Below are positions 7,439-17,847 of a stretch of DNA of 64,000 nt, piece after piece. Source of the DNA: a virus; the IMG/VR virus record IMGVR_UViG_3300023278_000857, positions 1,398 to 65,397 of that record; one strand, written 5' to 3'. A program made the translations under genes and the position numbers. The notes under the pieces are model-generated. The model was not told the DNA's origin, did no database searches, and saw nothing but the letters and a program-made list of their open reading frames with translations. The stretch's first letter is position 1. Every line of letters starts with the position of its first letter.

Positions 7439-9880
7439 CTACGCATTCATAATGGCGTCTGCCCAAACCGCCCACATGCGTCGATAACCTTCAACAGTAG
7501 GATGGTATTGGTCTGACATTGTTTCCGCTTTGTTTAACTGATTGATGTTTGACTTTCCGTAAATATCCGCAACAGGGATACCCCACTTGTCTCCCAAAGA
7601 ACGAACTGCTTGCACATATTCATAGTAAGTCGAGCCATGCGAGTTTGTTGTTGTATCGTCGGGGTCGTGACCTGCGGCTAAACCAAACCCAGAAGTGATG
7701 CTAGTTAGAAACGCCTTATTCATTGTCCCTATAACAATCTTTGCATTTGGGTTTTTATCGTAAATCCGCTGGATCGCGAAGTTTAACGCACCAAGCATTG
7801 TGTCCAAGTCTGAATCCGTTAAGTCTGGATTTCCAGACCCATCAACAACATAAGGTACACACATGTCTATAGTCCCAATCGCGCTTTGATGCGTAATCGG
7901 GTCGTTCAGCGTAGCACTTAATAGGTAAATGTCGTATGTTTCAGCGGCTGGTTGTGCCAGCTCGTTTACCTGATAAACCCCTGATATGTTGTTTGGCGTG
8001 ACCCAAGTAGGTGTCGCAGTAATTGCCCAACCCGAGCCACCCATTGCATAAGTGTCAAACTTGCTTCCAAGCATACCGCGCAAGCGGGACTTTGAACGCT
8101 CTGCTTTCCAACTTTGGGCAACGCTATCACCCATAATAACAATACTTTTTCCACTGTTCGGGTTCCCCGCAAGAGATAAAGCAGCACGGCCATCAGTCTT
8201 AAACAAACGAATACCATCGTCTATAACGGATCCATCCATACACGAAACTAACAGTCTCTTTGCACCCGCAGGTGGCGTCCACGTGCTTGACCACTTTCCT
8301 ACCGGAGTTGTGTAACTATTAACTGTTACCGTGTCACAGTCAGCGCCAAGGTTGTTCAATGTGGTGCCGTTGTGTGTTATTGCCCCAAAGTTTTGGTTCG
8401 TGGTCAAAGGCAAGTGTTCGACTATCTCAAGGTTTGAAATTGCCTGTGAGTAATTGTTCTTTGGGTCATAGTGAAACATATAAGTTTCTGTGTCTGAAAT
8501 CGTGTAGCACCGAGTTTTAGAGAAACTATTTGATGGGGATGCGTTTTTGAATGTCCCATCACTCCACAAGTTCCCTACCATATCAAAATGGTCAACTTCG
8601 TTTTCATAAGCAAAAACGGCCTCATCGTCGCGCAGGGCAGCAGCTTGAACCGCTATTAAAGAACGGGCGTCTGCTATGGCAGTTATCTCATCTTCAGAAG
8701 TAACGCCACGAGTAGCCCCATCAGCCCTTACTTCATGCAGTTCCAAGTAATTTGAATATCCAGCCCCGAGGTCATACGCCGATAGCTTTAGTGTGACTGT
8801 CCCCTCTGGCACAAAGATAAATGGGTCTACGAAGGTTACATCCCCGCCCCACGAAGCCAGTATTGTTCCATTAGCATCTTCGGCGTGAATGTATCTGACG
8901 CCGCCTTGCGTGTCCCAAGTAATCTTATACAGGCCTGTCTTCTCTACTGTGAAGAGGTAGTTTCTGCCCCCATAGCCACCCACTGTTCCGTTGCTAATAT
9001 AGCTGCCCCCAGTAACAAACTCGATGAAGTAGCGAGCCACATAAGGCGAATTTACATAGCTACTTGACGGGTATCTAGCGACCTCCACTGCCACTGGTCC
9101 TGTGTCATGCCTATAACGAACAAGCTCATCGCCAACCGTCACAACAAACTGATCACTGACCGACGTTGCCGCAAGCCCTGCAGCAGTATCCGCGTAAACA
9201 TCTGCATTGACCGCTGCCGCGTCCCTTGCCGTTTCCGCAAGCGTTTGTGCCGCTACAGCGCCAGCCTGAGCGGCTTGAACGCCTGACTGTGCTGCCACCG
9301 CGTTTGTTTCTGCTGTTTCTGCTGCTACCTGTGCAACTTCTGCTGCTACCTGTGCAACTTCTGCTGCTACCTGTGCAACTTCTGCTGCAGTTTGCGCAGC
9401 TTGACCAGCGGAATCAGTTGCTGGTTTCCATTTAGAATCAGGAGCATCCCACTTTAATACTTGACCTGCCGCTGGCGGAGTAGTTGTTGTGTCTACATCA
9501 CTTAAATCTCCAATACTTTCAGCAGTAATATTTGTTAACACTACACCTAAATCACTAATTTGACTTTTGGTAATGCTAATTGCTGTTGTATCAAGCGGGG
9601 TAAAAGTAAAGACACCAGTTATGTTATTATATTCTAAATCTTGTGTGCCAGCCGCCGCAGTAGTAGCACTAAACGATGTTAACCCTACACCAAGTGTACT
9701 TAAACTAACAGTATTGCCGCCACTAATAGTTAAATCATTACCAACTAATGATAATGTTTGCCCGTCACTGTCTACAGCCGCCTCGAGTGTGCCAACTCTA
9801 GTGTCTAAATCAGTGAAGTTACCGTCTAACTCTATATGAGTTAACGCACTGCCTTTTACTAATCTTTTTGTTATTGCCAT
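7439..9880 (-). CDS. Chimeric tail fibre/spike with C-terminal SGNH (GDSL-like) esterase domain
   Basis: N-terminal LTHIELDGNF anchor, Ala-rich heptad stalk, SGNH blocks GDSVAQ / MGGSG / ATLND / SDQYHP. Confidence 0.8.
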   Translation of the reverse strand: MAITKRLVKGSALTHIELDGNFTDLDTRVGTLEAAVDSDGQTLSLVGNDLTISGGNTVSLSTLGVGLTSFSATTAAAGTQDLEYNNITGVFTFTPLDTTAISITKSQISDLGVVLTNITAESIGDLSDVDTTTTPPAAGQVLKWDAPDSKWKPATDSAGQAAQTAAEVAQVAAEVAQVAAEVAQVAAETAETNAVAAQSGVQAAQAGAVAAQTLAETARDAAAVNADVYADTAAGLAATSVSDQFVVTVGDELVRYRHDTGPVAVEVARYPSSSYVNSPYVARYFIEFVTGGSYISNGTVGGYGGRNYLFTVEKTGLYKITWDTQGGVRYIHAEDANGTILASWGGDVTFVDPFIFVPEGTVTLKLSAYDLGAGYSNYLELHEVRADGATRGVTSEDEITAIADARSLIAVQAAALRDDEAVFAYENEVDHFDMVGNLWSDGTFKNASPSNSFSKTRCYTISDTETYMFHYDPKNNYSQAISNLEIVEHLPLTTNQNFGAITHNGTTLNNLGADCDTVTVNSYTTPVGKWSSTWTPPAGAKRLLVSCMDGSVIDDGIRLFKTDGRAALSLAGNPNSGKSIVIMGDSVAQSWKAERSKSRLRGMLGSKFDTYAMGGSGWAITATPTWVTPNNISGVYQVNELAQPAAETYDIYLLSATLNDPITHQSAIGTIDMCVPYVVDGSGNPDLTDSDLDTMLGALNFAIQRIYDKNPNAKIVIGTMNKAFLTSITSGFGLAAGHDPDDTTTNSHGSTYYEYVQAVRSLGDKWGIPVADIYGKSNINQLNKAETMSDQYHPTVEGYRRMWAVWADAIMNA
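9317..9388. repeat. 21-bp tandem repeat, about 3.4 copies (encodes AAEVAQV heptads)
   Basis: TTCTGCTGCTACCTGTGCAAC at 9317, 9338 and 9359 plus a partial copy. Confidence 0.9.
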
Positions 9881-9892
9881 ATCTTTTTATCC

Positions 9893-11035
9893 TTACAGAA
9901 CGTAATCGTCACCCACATACCCGTCTTCAACATATTCGCTATTAACTTTATTGTCTGGACGTGGCAGAATAACATCACTTATTGCTTGCTTCCTATTAAA
10001 TTCTTCATCGTTTACCATTGACTTGGCATCTTCTGTAATATAATCACTTGCATTATATGTACGGTCTACCCAAGTCTTGTCAGTTACGTTATCATAACTT
10101 CTGTTCCACTTAGAACCTCTTCGTACAAACATTCGGTTTGGTGTAAAGTCTGTTCTAATAAAATATTCACCTTCATTAGCATCTGCTGGAAAAGCACTTC
10201 CGCTTGCTATTGTCTCTCCATGATTATATGTGTTGTCTTGTATTACTACACCGCCAGCAGTTGCATGTTCAAAACCATATAAGTGGTCTAATAAACTTGT
10301 GCCGTCTGGATCGTCTTGTGCTGCGCTGGCTACAATAGCATCACTAACATTAAATTCAGATTTGTATGTGCTTATGTCATGATTTAGTGTAGCACTATCA
10401 GCCGCATTTCCAAGTATATCATGAAACTCTTGTGCGTCCGTAAGTGGATTGAGTTTTACTCTCCAAATATGACTGTACCAAGTTTGACTAAATCCTTCAG
10501 CACCACGGTTACCGTCTGCTACTACATAATACTTGCTTATAGGTGCTTTGTTGGCATCTAACAATAAATCATCACGTAAATGAGGCAACTCTAATACATC
10601 ACCAGGCAATAGTTTTCGACCAAGTAACTCTACCATGTCATTAGTATGGAATGTCATATAAAACTGGTCGTTTGCTAAAAACATACCAAACTGTGTTAGG
10701 TCAAAATCATTGTCTTGTACATTATATATACCACGTAAGTCATAAATGTCTGGATCGTATTTTCTATCTCTGTTTTCCAAAAATAACAAGTCTTGTATTT
10801 TTGTTTCATTGATAATATTGTCTATGTTGATAAACTCTCCACTAAGTGGATCCACTTCACGTCCTTCAATATAGTTGGGCTGTGACGGATCATTTTGATC
10901 AGGCTGTGCAGCAGGTCCTACATACTTGTGTACATTAACTCCTGTGCCTCCAATCCAAAATTGCTCACGGATCTGTCGATCCATAAAGTGAAAATCGTTA
11001 GTTTTAGTTGGTTTATATAATGTTAAACGTGGCAT
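9893..11035 (-). CDS. gp14: T4 gp14-like neck protein
   Basis: MPRLTLYKP...MDRQIREQFWIGG, DLLFLENRDRKYD, GDVLELPHL motifs. Confidence 0.6.
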   Translation of the reverse strand: MPRLTLYKPTKTNDFHFMDRQIREQFWIGGTGVNVHKYVGPAAQPDQNDPSQPNYIEGREVDPLSGEFINIDNIINETKIQDLLFLENRDRKYDPDIYDLRGIYNVQDNDFDLTQFGMFLANDQFYMTFHTNDMVELLGRKLLPGDVLELPHLRDDLLLDANKAPISKYYVVADGNRGAEGFSQTWYSHIWRVKLNPLTDAQEFHDILGNAADSATLNHDISTYKSEFNVSDAIVASAAQDDPDGTSLLDHLYGFEHATAGGVVIQDNTYNHGETIASGSAFPADANEGEYFIRTDFTPNRMFVRRGSKWNRSYDNVTDKTWVDRTYNASDYITEDAKSMVNDEEFNRKQAISDVILPRPDNKVNSEYVEDGYVGDDYVL

Positions 11036-11040
11036 ACGTA

Positions 11041-11047
11041 TATTTAT
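11041..11047 (-). promoter_or_regulatory. T4-type late promoter, 5 nt before the ATG
   Basis: ATAAATA-TACGT-ATG on the minus strand. Confidence 0.65.
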
Positions 11048-11050
11048 GGC

Positions 11051-11079
11051 TTGACAATGTTTTCAAGATAGTGTATCGT
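11051..11079 (+). promoter_or_regulatory. sigma70-like early promoter
   Basis: TTGACA-17bp-TATCGT. Confidence 0.6.
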
Positions 11080-11114
11080 ATATAAGTAAGAGCAATATAG
11101 TTCAGGAGAATAAC

Positions 11115-12269
11115 ATGGCTAAATCAGCAACTCGTAAGAAAAAAACAGTACGTGCTACAAGACGTAAAGGCGCCTGGGATATGGTTCCACTAACAGATTG
11201 GCATGGAACACACTATCACGTCCATTATCTAATGGAATCCAAAGAGTGGTTAAACCAAGTTAAAAACTATATCAAGAAGAACTATGATAAAGAAACACAA
11301 CAAGCCATTAACAAACTTCCAGACTGGAAAGTTGGTGGTAAAAGTCATTATGCTACGGCGGCATTTATTGAAGAAAATAAGCCTGAGATCTTGCATCCTG
11401 ATTACACAGGTAAACTAAATGAATGGGTTGTCAGCCTGGCTGAAGAAGGTCAAAAGATCGTAGAGATTAAACAAGCTGAAGAAAGTACAAAAAAAGTAAA
11501 GTACGTGCCTACTATTCAGGAACGGTTAATGGAAGCTACTATTGATAAAATGGAAGAGCTTGACCAGTGGGAAGATGAATGGATTCGTGATCCTAAAAAG
11601 AATCCACTTAAAGATAAACAACCACTAAAACTATTTCGTAAGTTAGAAATTAATCTTGGTCATGCTCGTTGGATTCAACAATTTTACGAAGGTGCATATC
11701 AAGAACTAACTGAGCTTGTCAACTTGCCTACTCCTAAAAAACAAGACGATATGCAGCAACAACTTGCTGAAGGCTTTAGTCATTTAAGTACAAAAGAGAA
11801 AAAAGAACTACATAGTTTTTATGAGCGTATTTTCCAAGCACTTGAAATACTACGTGCTGAAAAGAAACAAACACGAACTGTTCGCAAGCCAAAGCAAAAG
11901 AGTGCTGTTGACTTAGTTAAGAAGTTGAAGTTTAAAGCAAGCGATCCAGACTTTGGAATTAGCAGTATTCCTCCGCAAGACATTGTGGGTGCGTCAGCAT
12001 TAGTTGTGTTTAACTGTAAAACACGTAAACTTGGCATTTACTATGCTGAACATGAAGCTACACTTCAAGTTAAAGGGACTACACTTCAGTTCTTTGATGA
12101 GAAAACAAGTAGACAAAAAACAGTACGTAAGCCAAGTGAAATATTGCCACAGTGGAAAAAGGTAACGCAGCACAAACTAAAAGCACAGTTCGGATATCTG
12201 AAAACTACTGATATTAAAATGAACGGTAGACTTAATGAAGATACTATTCTACTAAAAGCCTTCAAATAG
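11115..12269 (+). CDS. Hypothetical protein (basic, helical)
   Basis: 384-aa ORF, AGGAG RBS, own promoter. Confidence 0.75.
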   Translation: MAKSATRKKKTVRATRRKGAWDMVPLTDWHGTHYHVHYLMESKEWLNQVKNYIKKNYDKETQQAINKLPDWKVGGKSHYATAAFIEENKPEILHPDYTGKLNEWVVSLAEEGQKIVEIKQAEESTKKVKYVPTIQERLMEATIDKMEELDQWEDEWIRDPKKNPLKDKQPLKLFRKLEINLGHARWIQQFYEGAYQELTELVNLPTPKKQDDMQQQLAEGFSHLSTKEKKELHSFYERIFQALEILRAEKKQTRTVRKPKQKSAVDLVKKLKFKASDPDFGISSIPPQDIVGASALVVFNCKTRKLGIYYAEHEATLQVKGTTLQFFDEKTSRQKTVRKPSEILPQWKKVTQHKLKAQFGYLKTTDIKMNGRLNEDTILLKAFK

Positions 12270-12277
12270 TATAAATA
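12270..12277 (+). promoter_or_regulatory. T4-type late promoter
   Basis: TATAAATA-CTTAC-ATG. Confidence 0.7.
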
Positions 12278-12282
12278 CTTAC

Positions 12283-13023
12283 ATGGCAAAACGTGATGAA
12301 TTAATTAAAGAAATCGAACTTCGCTTAGGCGGACAAATGGTAGACGTAGAGCTCGACCCAGAGCACTACGATCTTTCCATTCGCAAAGCATTGGAAAAAT
12401 ATAGACAGCGTAGTGAAAACGCTGTTGAAGAAAGCTTCATTACATTAGACTTAGTAGTTGATGTTGCGGACTATACTTTACCTGATGAAGTTATAGACGT
12501 TTATACCATTTACAGACGAGCAAGTGGCACACTTAATGGTAGTGGTGGTGCTGATATGGAACCATTTGAAGCAGCTTACTTAAACAATTACCTACTACAC
12601 GGCGGTAGAGCTGGTGGACTAGCAACTTTTGATGCGCTATCACAACATCGTGAAACACTTGGACGTATTTTTGGTAAAGAGCTATTATTTACTTGGAACA
12701 CTGTTAGCAAAAAAATAACAATTCATCGTAGAAACAAAGCGGCTGATACTGTATACTTACATACCTACAAACAGCGTAGTGAAGAAGAATTACTTACTGA
12801 CACATATGCTATGCCATGGATTAAAGAACTAGCACTAGCATACAGTAAATTAATGTTAGCTGAAGCTCGTGGTAAGTTTAACACTATTGCTGGCCCACAA
12901 GGTGGTACAAGCCTTAATGCTGACGCACTACGTAGTGATGCGCAAATGGCAATTGATAAACTAGACGATGAGCTAAAAACTTATACTGACGGTCAAGCAG
13001 GTCTTGGCATAATTATTGGTTGA
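12283..13023 (+). CDS. gp13: T4 gp13-like neck protein
   Basis: IELRLGGQMVDVELDPEH, WIKELALAYSK...RGKF, GGTSLN motifs. Confidence 0.7.
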   Translation: MAKRDELIKEIELRLGGQMVDVELDPEHYDLSIRKALEKYRQRSENAVEESFITLDLVVDVADYTLPDEVIDVYTIYRRASGTLNGSGGADMEPFEAAYLNNYLLHGGRAGGLATFDALSQHRETLGRIFGKELLFTWNTVSKKITIHRRNKAADTVYLHTYKQRSEEELLTDTYAMPWIKELALAYSKLMLAEARGKFNTIAGPQGGTSLNADALRSDAQMAIDKLDDELKTYTDGQAGLGIIIG

Positions 13024-13048
13024 CAAATACACCTAACTGCGCTATCAT
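13020..13048 (+). promoter_or_regulatory. sigma70-like promoter for the dNMP kinase gene
   Basis: TTGACA-17bp-TATCAT. Confidence 0.6.
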
Positions 13049-13054
13049 ACAAAT

Positions 13055-13570
13055 ATGAAATTAAAATTACTCGTTATAGGTCATGGACGTCATGGCAAAG
13101 ATACTGTCTGTGAGATACTCAGAGATACGTATGGATACACATTTGAAAGTAGCAGCAAGTTTTGTAGTAAACAATTTATATACAATGACCTAAAGGACAA
13201 GTATGAATATGCTAATGAAGAAGAATGTTATGCTGACAGGCATAATCACAGAGCAGAATGGTATGATGCTATCTGCGCTTATAATGTACCTGATGCAGCG
13301 ACTCTAGGTAGAGAAATGTTTCAAGCGTACGATATCTATTGTGGGCTACGCAACAAAAAAGAATTCCATGCTATGAAAAACACAGGTGTATTTGATTACT
13401 GTATTTGGGTTGACCGTAGTGATCATTTACCTCCAGAAAATAAAAATAGTATGAGTTTGGAACAATGGATGTCAGACTTTACTATCTGTAATAATGGAAG
13501 TCTGGAAGATTTAAAATTTAATGTACATTCTTTAGTGGCGCACATTGATTCATACAGTGCAAGTAAATAA
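13055..13570 (+). CDS. Deoxynucleoside monophosphate kinase (T4 gp1-like)
   Basis: P-loop GHGRHGKDT, CIWVDR, ICNNGSLEDL. Confidence 0.7.
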   Translation: MKLKLLVIGHGRHGKDTVCEILRDTYGYTFESSSKFCSKQFIYNDLKDKYEYANEEECYADRHNHRAEWYDAICAYNVPDAATLGREMFQAYDIYCGLRNKKEFHAMKNTGVFDYCIWVDRSDHLPPENKNSMSLEQWMSDFTICNNGSLEDLKFNVHSLVAHIDSYSASK

Positions 13571-13656
13571 CTACGTAGTTAACCACTGTTTCCCCCCTGA
13601 TATATAGCTATCCTAATAAATACTAACATCGATAGATATGACCAGAGGAGAATAAA

Positions 13657-16041
13657 ATGGCTTTAGTATCACCAGGTGTACAGGTTAGTGTAACTGATGA
13701 AAGCGCATATGGCGCCGCCGGAAACGGAACAGTACCACTAATTGTTGTAGCAACGAGAGAAAATAAAACAGATCCAACTGGTAGTGAATCAGATGGTATC
13801 GCAAAATTTACAAAAGCAACACAAGCTGGTAATGTAATTTCAGTTACATCACAGCGTGAGCTTACACAATATTTTGGTAATCCAACATTCACTACAAACG
13901 GAACAGCTATTGTACAAGGTAGCGAAACAAGTGAATACGGCTTATTAGCCGCATACAGTTATCTAGGACAAGGATCACGTGCTTTTATCGTTCGTGCTAA
14001 CATTGACCTAGCACAATTAGATTCAACAACAATTCAACCAACAAGTGCTTACTCAACAGTGGGTTCATATTGGTTAGACACAGATGCTAGTAAGTATGGT
14101 ATCCATGTATGGAATTCAACCACTTCACTATGGGAAAATAAAATACCAACAGTAGAAGTAATTAGTACAGCAGCAGGCACAGCACCAGCAGCCGCAGTAG
14201 TAACTGGCGGTTATCATGTTGTAATTTCAACATTAAGTAACAGTATTGAATATTACAAAGAAGATGCTAGCGCATGGGCAACAGCCGGCGCAACACTTGA
14301 CAAACACTATAACGCTCCAGCATCACCAAGTAATGGCGATGTTTGGGTTAAAACAACTAGCCCAGGTAATGGTGTAAGTATTGCTATTAGTACATTTACT
14401 ACAGCATGGATTCCACAAACAGTAGCAGGCGTAAGTGATGGTTCAGATAATGCTGATATTACTACATTTGTACCACAAGATGGTTCAAGTGCTACAGCGT
14501 TAACATCAAGTGCTACCGCAGGTGGCGTACTATTGGGTAAAGCTGCAGATCAAATTGATATTACTATTGTAAGTGGAGCAGGTGCTCCAATAGCAATATC
14601 TACTTCAACACTAGCACAAATTGCAACACCAGTAGCAACAGCAGCAACTGGACAATACTGGTTTGATAATACAATTAATTCATTAGACTTATATGTTAGC
14701 GCAGGAGCCGCTTGGACAGCAGCAACTGACGTACAGTATGGTACAACAGCCCCAACAACTGACAAAGATGGAAACGCACTAGCAGACGGTGATATTTGGG
14801 TAGACACAACATTAGCATCTTCAGGATTAGTTAATGAACGTGATTATCCAAAGATTTATCAACACAATGGTGCTGCTTGGGTTAAACATTCAAATAGTGA
14901 CCAAACAAGTGCTAACGGTGTATTGTTTGCTGACATTGATGATACAGCAGGCGGTGGAGCGGCTATTACTGGAGCACCAAGCGCAGTAATTTATCCAGAC
15001 GGACTATTAGCAGTCAACATGTGTCAAAGTAGAAATACTGTACGCAGTTGGAACGGCACAGCATGGAGAAATGCTGCGTCAAATAATTCAGATGGCAGTG
15101 GCGCATTTGGCAGATATGCTCAGCGTAAAGTTGTAGCGGCTGGAATGCAAGCAGTAGTAGCAGGAGCAGATTTACGTGAAGAGCAGTACGCATACAGTTT
15201 ACTAGCAGCACCTAACTATCCTGAACTAACAGACGAGTTAGTTACACTAAACAGTGACCGTGGAGAAACAGCATTTATTATCATTGATACACCAATGCGT
15301 AAAAACGCAACTGACGCAATTAGTTGGGTTAAAAATAGTAACGCAGCTACTGAAAATGGTGAAGATGGATTAGTAACAAATAATACTTACAGTGCTGCTT
15401 ACTATCCAGCAGGTAATTCAACAGAGCCAGTTGGTGGTAAAACAGTAGTTGTTCCAGCAAGTCACATGGCGCTATATACGTTTGCTTATAACGACAACAT
15501 TAGTTTCCCATGGTTTGCTCCAGCAGGTCTAACACGTGGTGTTGTACAAAACGCAAGCGCAGTTGGTTTTATTAATGGCGAAAACGAATTTAAAGCTATT
15601 ACACTAACACAAGGACAGCGTGATGAAATGTACCAAAACAAACTAAATCCAATTACAACGTTTATTGGACAAGGTACAGTTATATTTGGACAGAAAACAT
15701 TAGCAAGTACAACTACAGCACTTGACCGTGTTAATGTAGCACGTTTAGTTGCTTACTTGAGAGAACGTTTTGATGAGATTGCTAGACCATTCTTGTTCGA
15801 ACAAAACGATACACAGACACGTGCCAGAGCAAAACAAGTGTTTGAACGTTTCCTAGCAGACATCTTAAGTCGTAGAGGCGTAACAGACTTTGCTGTTGTA
15901 TGTGATACAAGTAACAACACACCAGCACGTATTGACCGTAATGAACTTTATATTGATGTGGCAATTGAGCCAACTAAATCAGTAGAATTTATTTACATTC
16001 CAATCCGTATTGTTAACAGTGGTACACTATCTAACGTATAA
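13657..16041 (+). CDS. gp18: Tail sheath protein
   Basis: MALVSPGVQVSVTDES, WFAPAGLTRG, NPI, GQKTL, DRVNVARL, EFIYIPI motifs. Confidence 0.92.
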   Translation: MALVSPGVQVSVTDESAYGAAGNGTVPLIVVATRENKTDPTGSESDGIAKFTKATQAGNVISVTSQRELTQYFGNPTFTTNGTAIVQGSETSEYGLLAAYSYLGQGSRAFIVRANIDLAQLDSTTIQPTSAYSTVGSYWLDTDASKYGIHVWNSTTSLWENKIPTVEVISTAAGTAPAAAVVTGGYHVVISTLSNSIEYYKEDASAWATAGATLDKHYNAPASPSNGDVWVKTTSPGNGVSIAISTFTTAWIPQTVAGVSDGSDNADITTFVPQDGSSATALTSSATAGGVLLGKAADQIDITIVSGAGAPIAISTSTLAQIATPVATAATGQYWFDNTINSLDLYVSAGAAWTAATDVQYGTTAPTTDKDGNALADGDIWVDTTLASSGLVNERDYPKIYQHNGAAWVKHSNSDQTSANGVLFADIDDTAGGGAAITGAPSAVIYPDGLLAVNMCQSRNTVRSWNGTAWRNAASNNSDGSGAFGRYAQRKVVAAGMQAVVAGADLREEQYAYSLLAAPNYPELTDELVTLNSDRGETAFIIIDTPMRKNATDAISWVKNSNAATENGEDGLVTNNTYSAAYYPAGNSTEPVGGKTVVVPASHMALYTFAYNDNISFPWFAPAGLTRGVVQNASAVGFINGENEFKAITLTQGQRDEMYQNKLNPITTFIGQGTVIFGQKTLASTTTALDRVNVARLVAYLRERFDEIARPFLFEQNDTQTRARAKQVFERFLADILSRRGVTDFAVVCDTSNNTPARIDRNELYIDVAIEPTKSVEFIYIPIRIVNSGTLSNV

Positions 16042-16066
16042 AAAGACTAAAATAACTACAAACTTA

Positions 16067-16094
16067 ATGGGCGCCAAGTGCGTCCATTTTTTTT
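16067..16094 (+). terminator. Rho-independent terminator
   Basis: ATGGGCGC/GCGTCCAT hairpin followed by a T-run. Confidence 0.7.
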
Positions 16095-16140
16095 CACTGA
16101 TTTCTTATAAATAGTATTAGCTAGTATAGAGGAGACTAAC

Positions 16141-16731
16141 ATGGCAGTATTAACAACACTAGGTGTTCCAGACAATTCAGGAAACACCACTACTATTATG
16201 CCAAAACTACAGTACCGTTTCAGAGTTACTTTTGAAGGTGAAGGCTTTAGTGCTACACCAACAAGAAACGTTATCAGTACAAGTAGACCTGGATTAACAC
16301 ACGAACAAATTCCAGTAGATGCATACAACAGTAGAATTTATTTGGCAGGTAAACACACATGGGAACCTGTAAGTATTGTATTACGTGACGACATTGATGG
16401 CGTTACACTAAGAGAATTAAACAACCAACTTAACAGACAAGTTGACCATGCTAACCAAAGTTCAGTAAGAGCAGGCGCAGGTTACAAATTTACAACTTCA
16501 ATAGAAACACTTGATGGCGGAAACCCAACACCAGGTGTACTAGACAAGTTTGAACTTAGTGGTTGCTACATCACAAACATTCAGTATGGCGATATGGCAT
16601 ACAGCGCAAGTGATCAAATACAAGTTACAGTACAAATTCAATACGACAACGCAGAGATTTATGACGCTTCTGGTAACGCAACACTTACAGGCGCTGCAGT
16701 AGACAATACATTAGTTAACGCAACAGGCTAA
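16141..16731 (+). CDS. gp19: Tail tube protein
   Basis: PKLQYRFRV, YLAGKHTWEP, ITNIQYGDMAYS motifs; follows the sheath gene. Confidence 0.85.
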   Translation: MAVLTTLGVPDNSGNTTTIMPKLQYRFRVTFEGEGFSATPTRNVISTSRPGLTHEQIPVDAYNSRIYLAGKHTWEPVSIVLRDDIDGVTLRELNNQLNRQVDHANQSSVRAGAGYKFTTSIETLDGGNPTPGVLDKFELSGCYITNIQYGDMAYSASDQIQVTVQIQYDNAEIYDASGNATLTGAAVDNTLVNATG

Positions 16732-16737
16732 TAACTA

Positions 16738-17376
16738 ATGGGAATAACCTCTAGCACTGGTCCAGTTAATGCGGCAGCATCGATTTACGGAGTCGACGAC
16801 CTCGTAATGTTCAAGAAGCCAAGACAGAAATTTAATTTTTCTGTGTTTATGGAAATTGACGATGCTGCTACACTATCTGATGAAAGCTACGGAAAATCAT
16901 TTGTATTTGATAGAGTATCAGGAGTTGAACTACCTGACTACCAATACAATGTAACAAAATTAAATCAATATAATCATCAAAGATTTGTAACAACTAGACA
17001 GGATATTTCACCATCGTCAATAACATTTTATGATACTGTTGATGGTCACTTCCAAAATTTACTTACTTCTTATGCTTCATATTATTACTCACAAGGATTA
17101 ACTGAACTTGCTATGCCATTTTCATCTAATGCTACTGCTGGCGGAATTAGTACACCAAGTGGACTTAACGCAATAAATTCTTTAGGTAGATTTTTCTTTA
17201 GTAGAATTACTATTGGCACGGTTGATACTCAAGGCCCACAAACTGGCCGAAAGGTGATTATGTCTAACTGCATGATGACAAATGTTACTCATGACAGACT
17301 AGATTATTCAGACAGCACACCAGTTACTTTTACAGCACAATTTCAACCAGAACACGTTGCTTTTGAAAACTTTTAA
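16738..17376 (+). CDS. Tail-tube-like baseplate/tube initiator (gp48/gp54-like)
   Basis: Tube-like pattern VELPDY...ITFYD...VTHDRLDYS. Confidence 0.55.
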   Translation: MGITSSTGPVNAAASIYGVDDLVMFKKPRQKFNFSVFMEIDDAATLSDESYGKSFVFDRVSGVELPDYQYNVTKLNQYNHQRFVTTRQDISPSSITFYDTVDGHFQNLLTSYASYYYSQGLTELAMPFSSNATAGGISTPSGLNAINSLGRFFFSRITIGTVDTQGPQTGRKVIMSNCMMTNVTHDRLDYSDSTPVTFTAQFQPEHVAFENF

Positions 17377-17397
17377 TTAAACATAAATACGTATATA

Positions 17398-17847
17398 ATG
17401 GCATCTAAGTTTCAACAAGGAATATTCACACCTAGAAATTTATCTAGGTATATTGGTAAACATTCACCGAGATATCGTAGTGGATGGGAATTAAAATTTA
17501 TGAGATTTTGTGATACACATCCTAGTGTAGTAGCATGGGCAAGTGAATCACATAGAATACCATATTTTCATCCAGTTAAAAATAAACAAACAATGTACGT
17601 GCCAGACTTTTTTATAGTGTATGAAGATGTAAACAAAAAAAGACATGCTGAGTTTATAGAAATTAAGCCTGCTGGACAAATACTTGGCAATGCTAGAAGT
17701 CCAGCACAAAAAGCCGCCGCAGTAGTAAACGAAGCCAAGTGGCAAGCCGCAAAGTTGTTTGCTTCAAAACAAGGTGTAGGATTTAGAGTACTAACTGAAA
17801 ATGAACTTTTTAATAATCCTAAGAAAACAAAGAAGAGAAAAAAATGA
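17398..17847 (+). CDS. gp4: Head completion nuclease (T4 gp4-like, TnsA-like fold)
   Basis: YRSGWE..FM..CD, WASE...IPY, YVPDF, IEIKP, KWQAA. Confidence 0.85.
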   Translation: MASKFQQGIFTPRNLSRYIGKHSPRYRSGWELKFMRFCDTHPSVVAWASESHRIPYFHPVKNKQTMYVPDFFIVYEDVNKKRHAEFIEIKPAGQILGNARSPAQKAAAVVNEAKWQAAKLFASKQGVGFRVLTENELFNNPKKTKKRKK

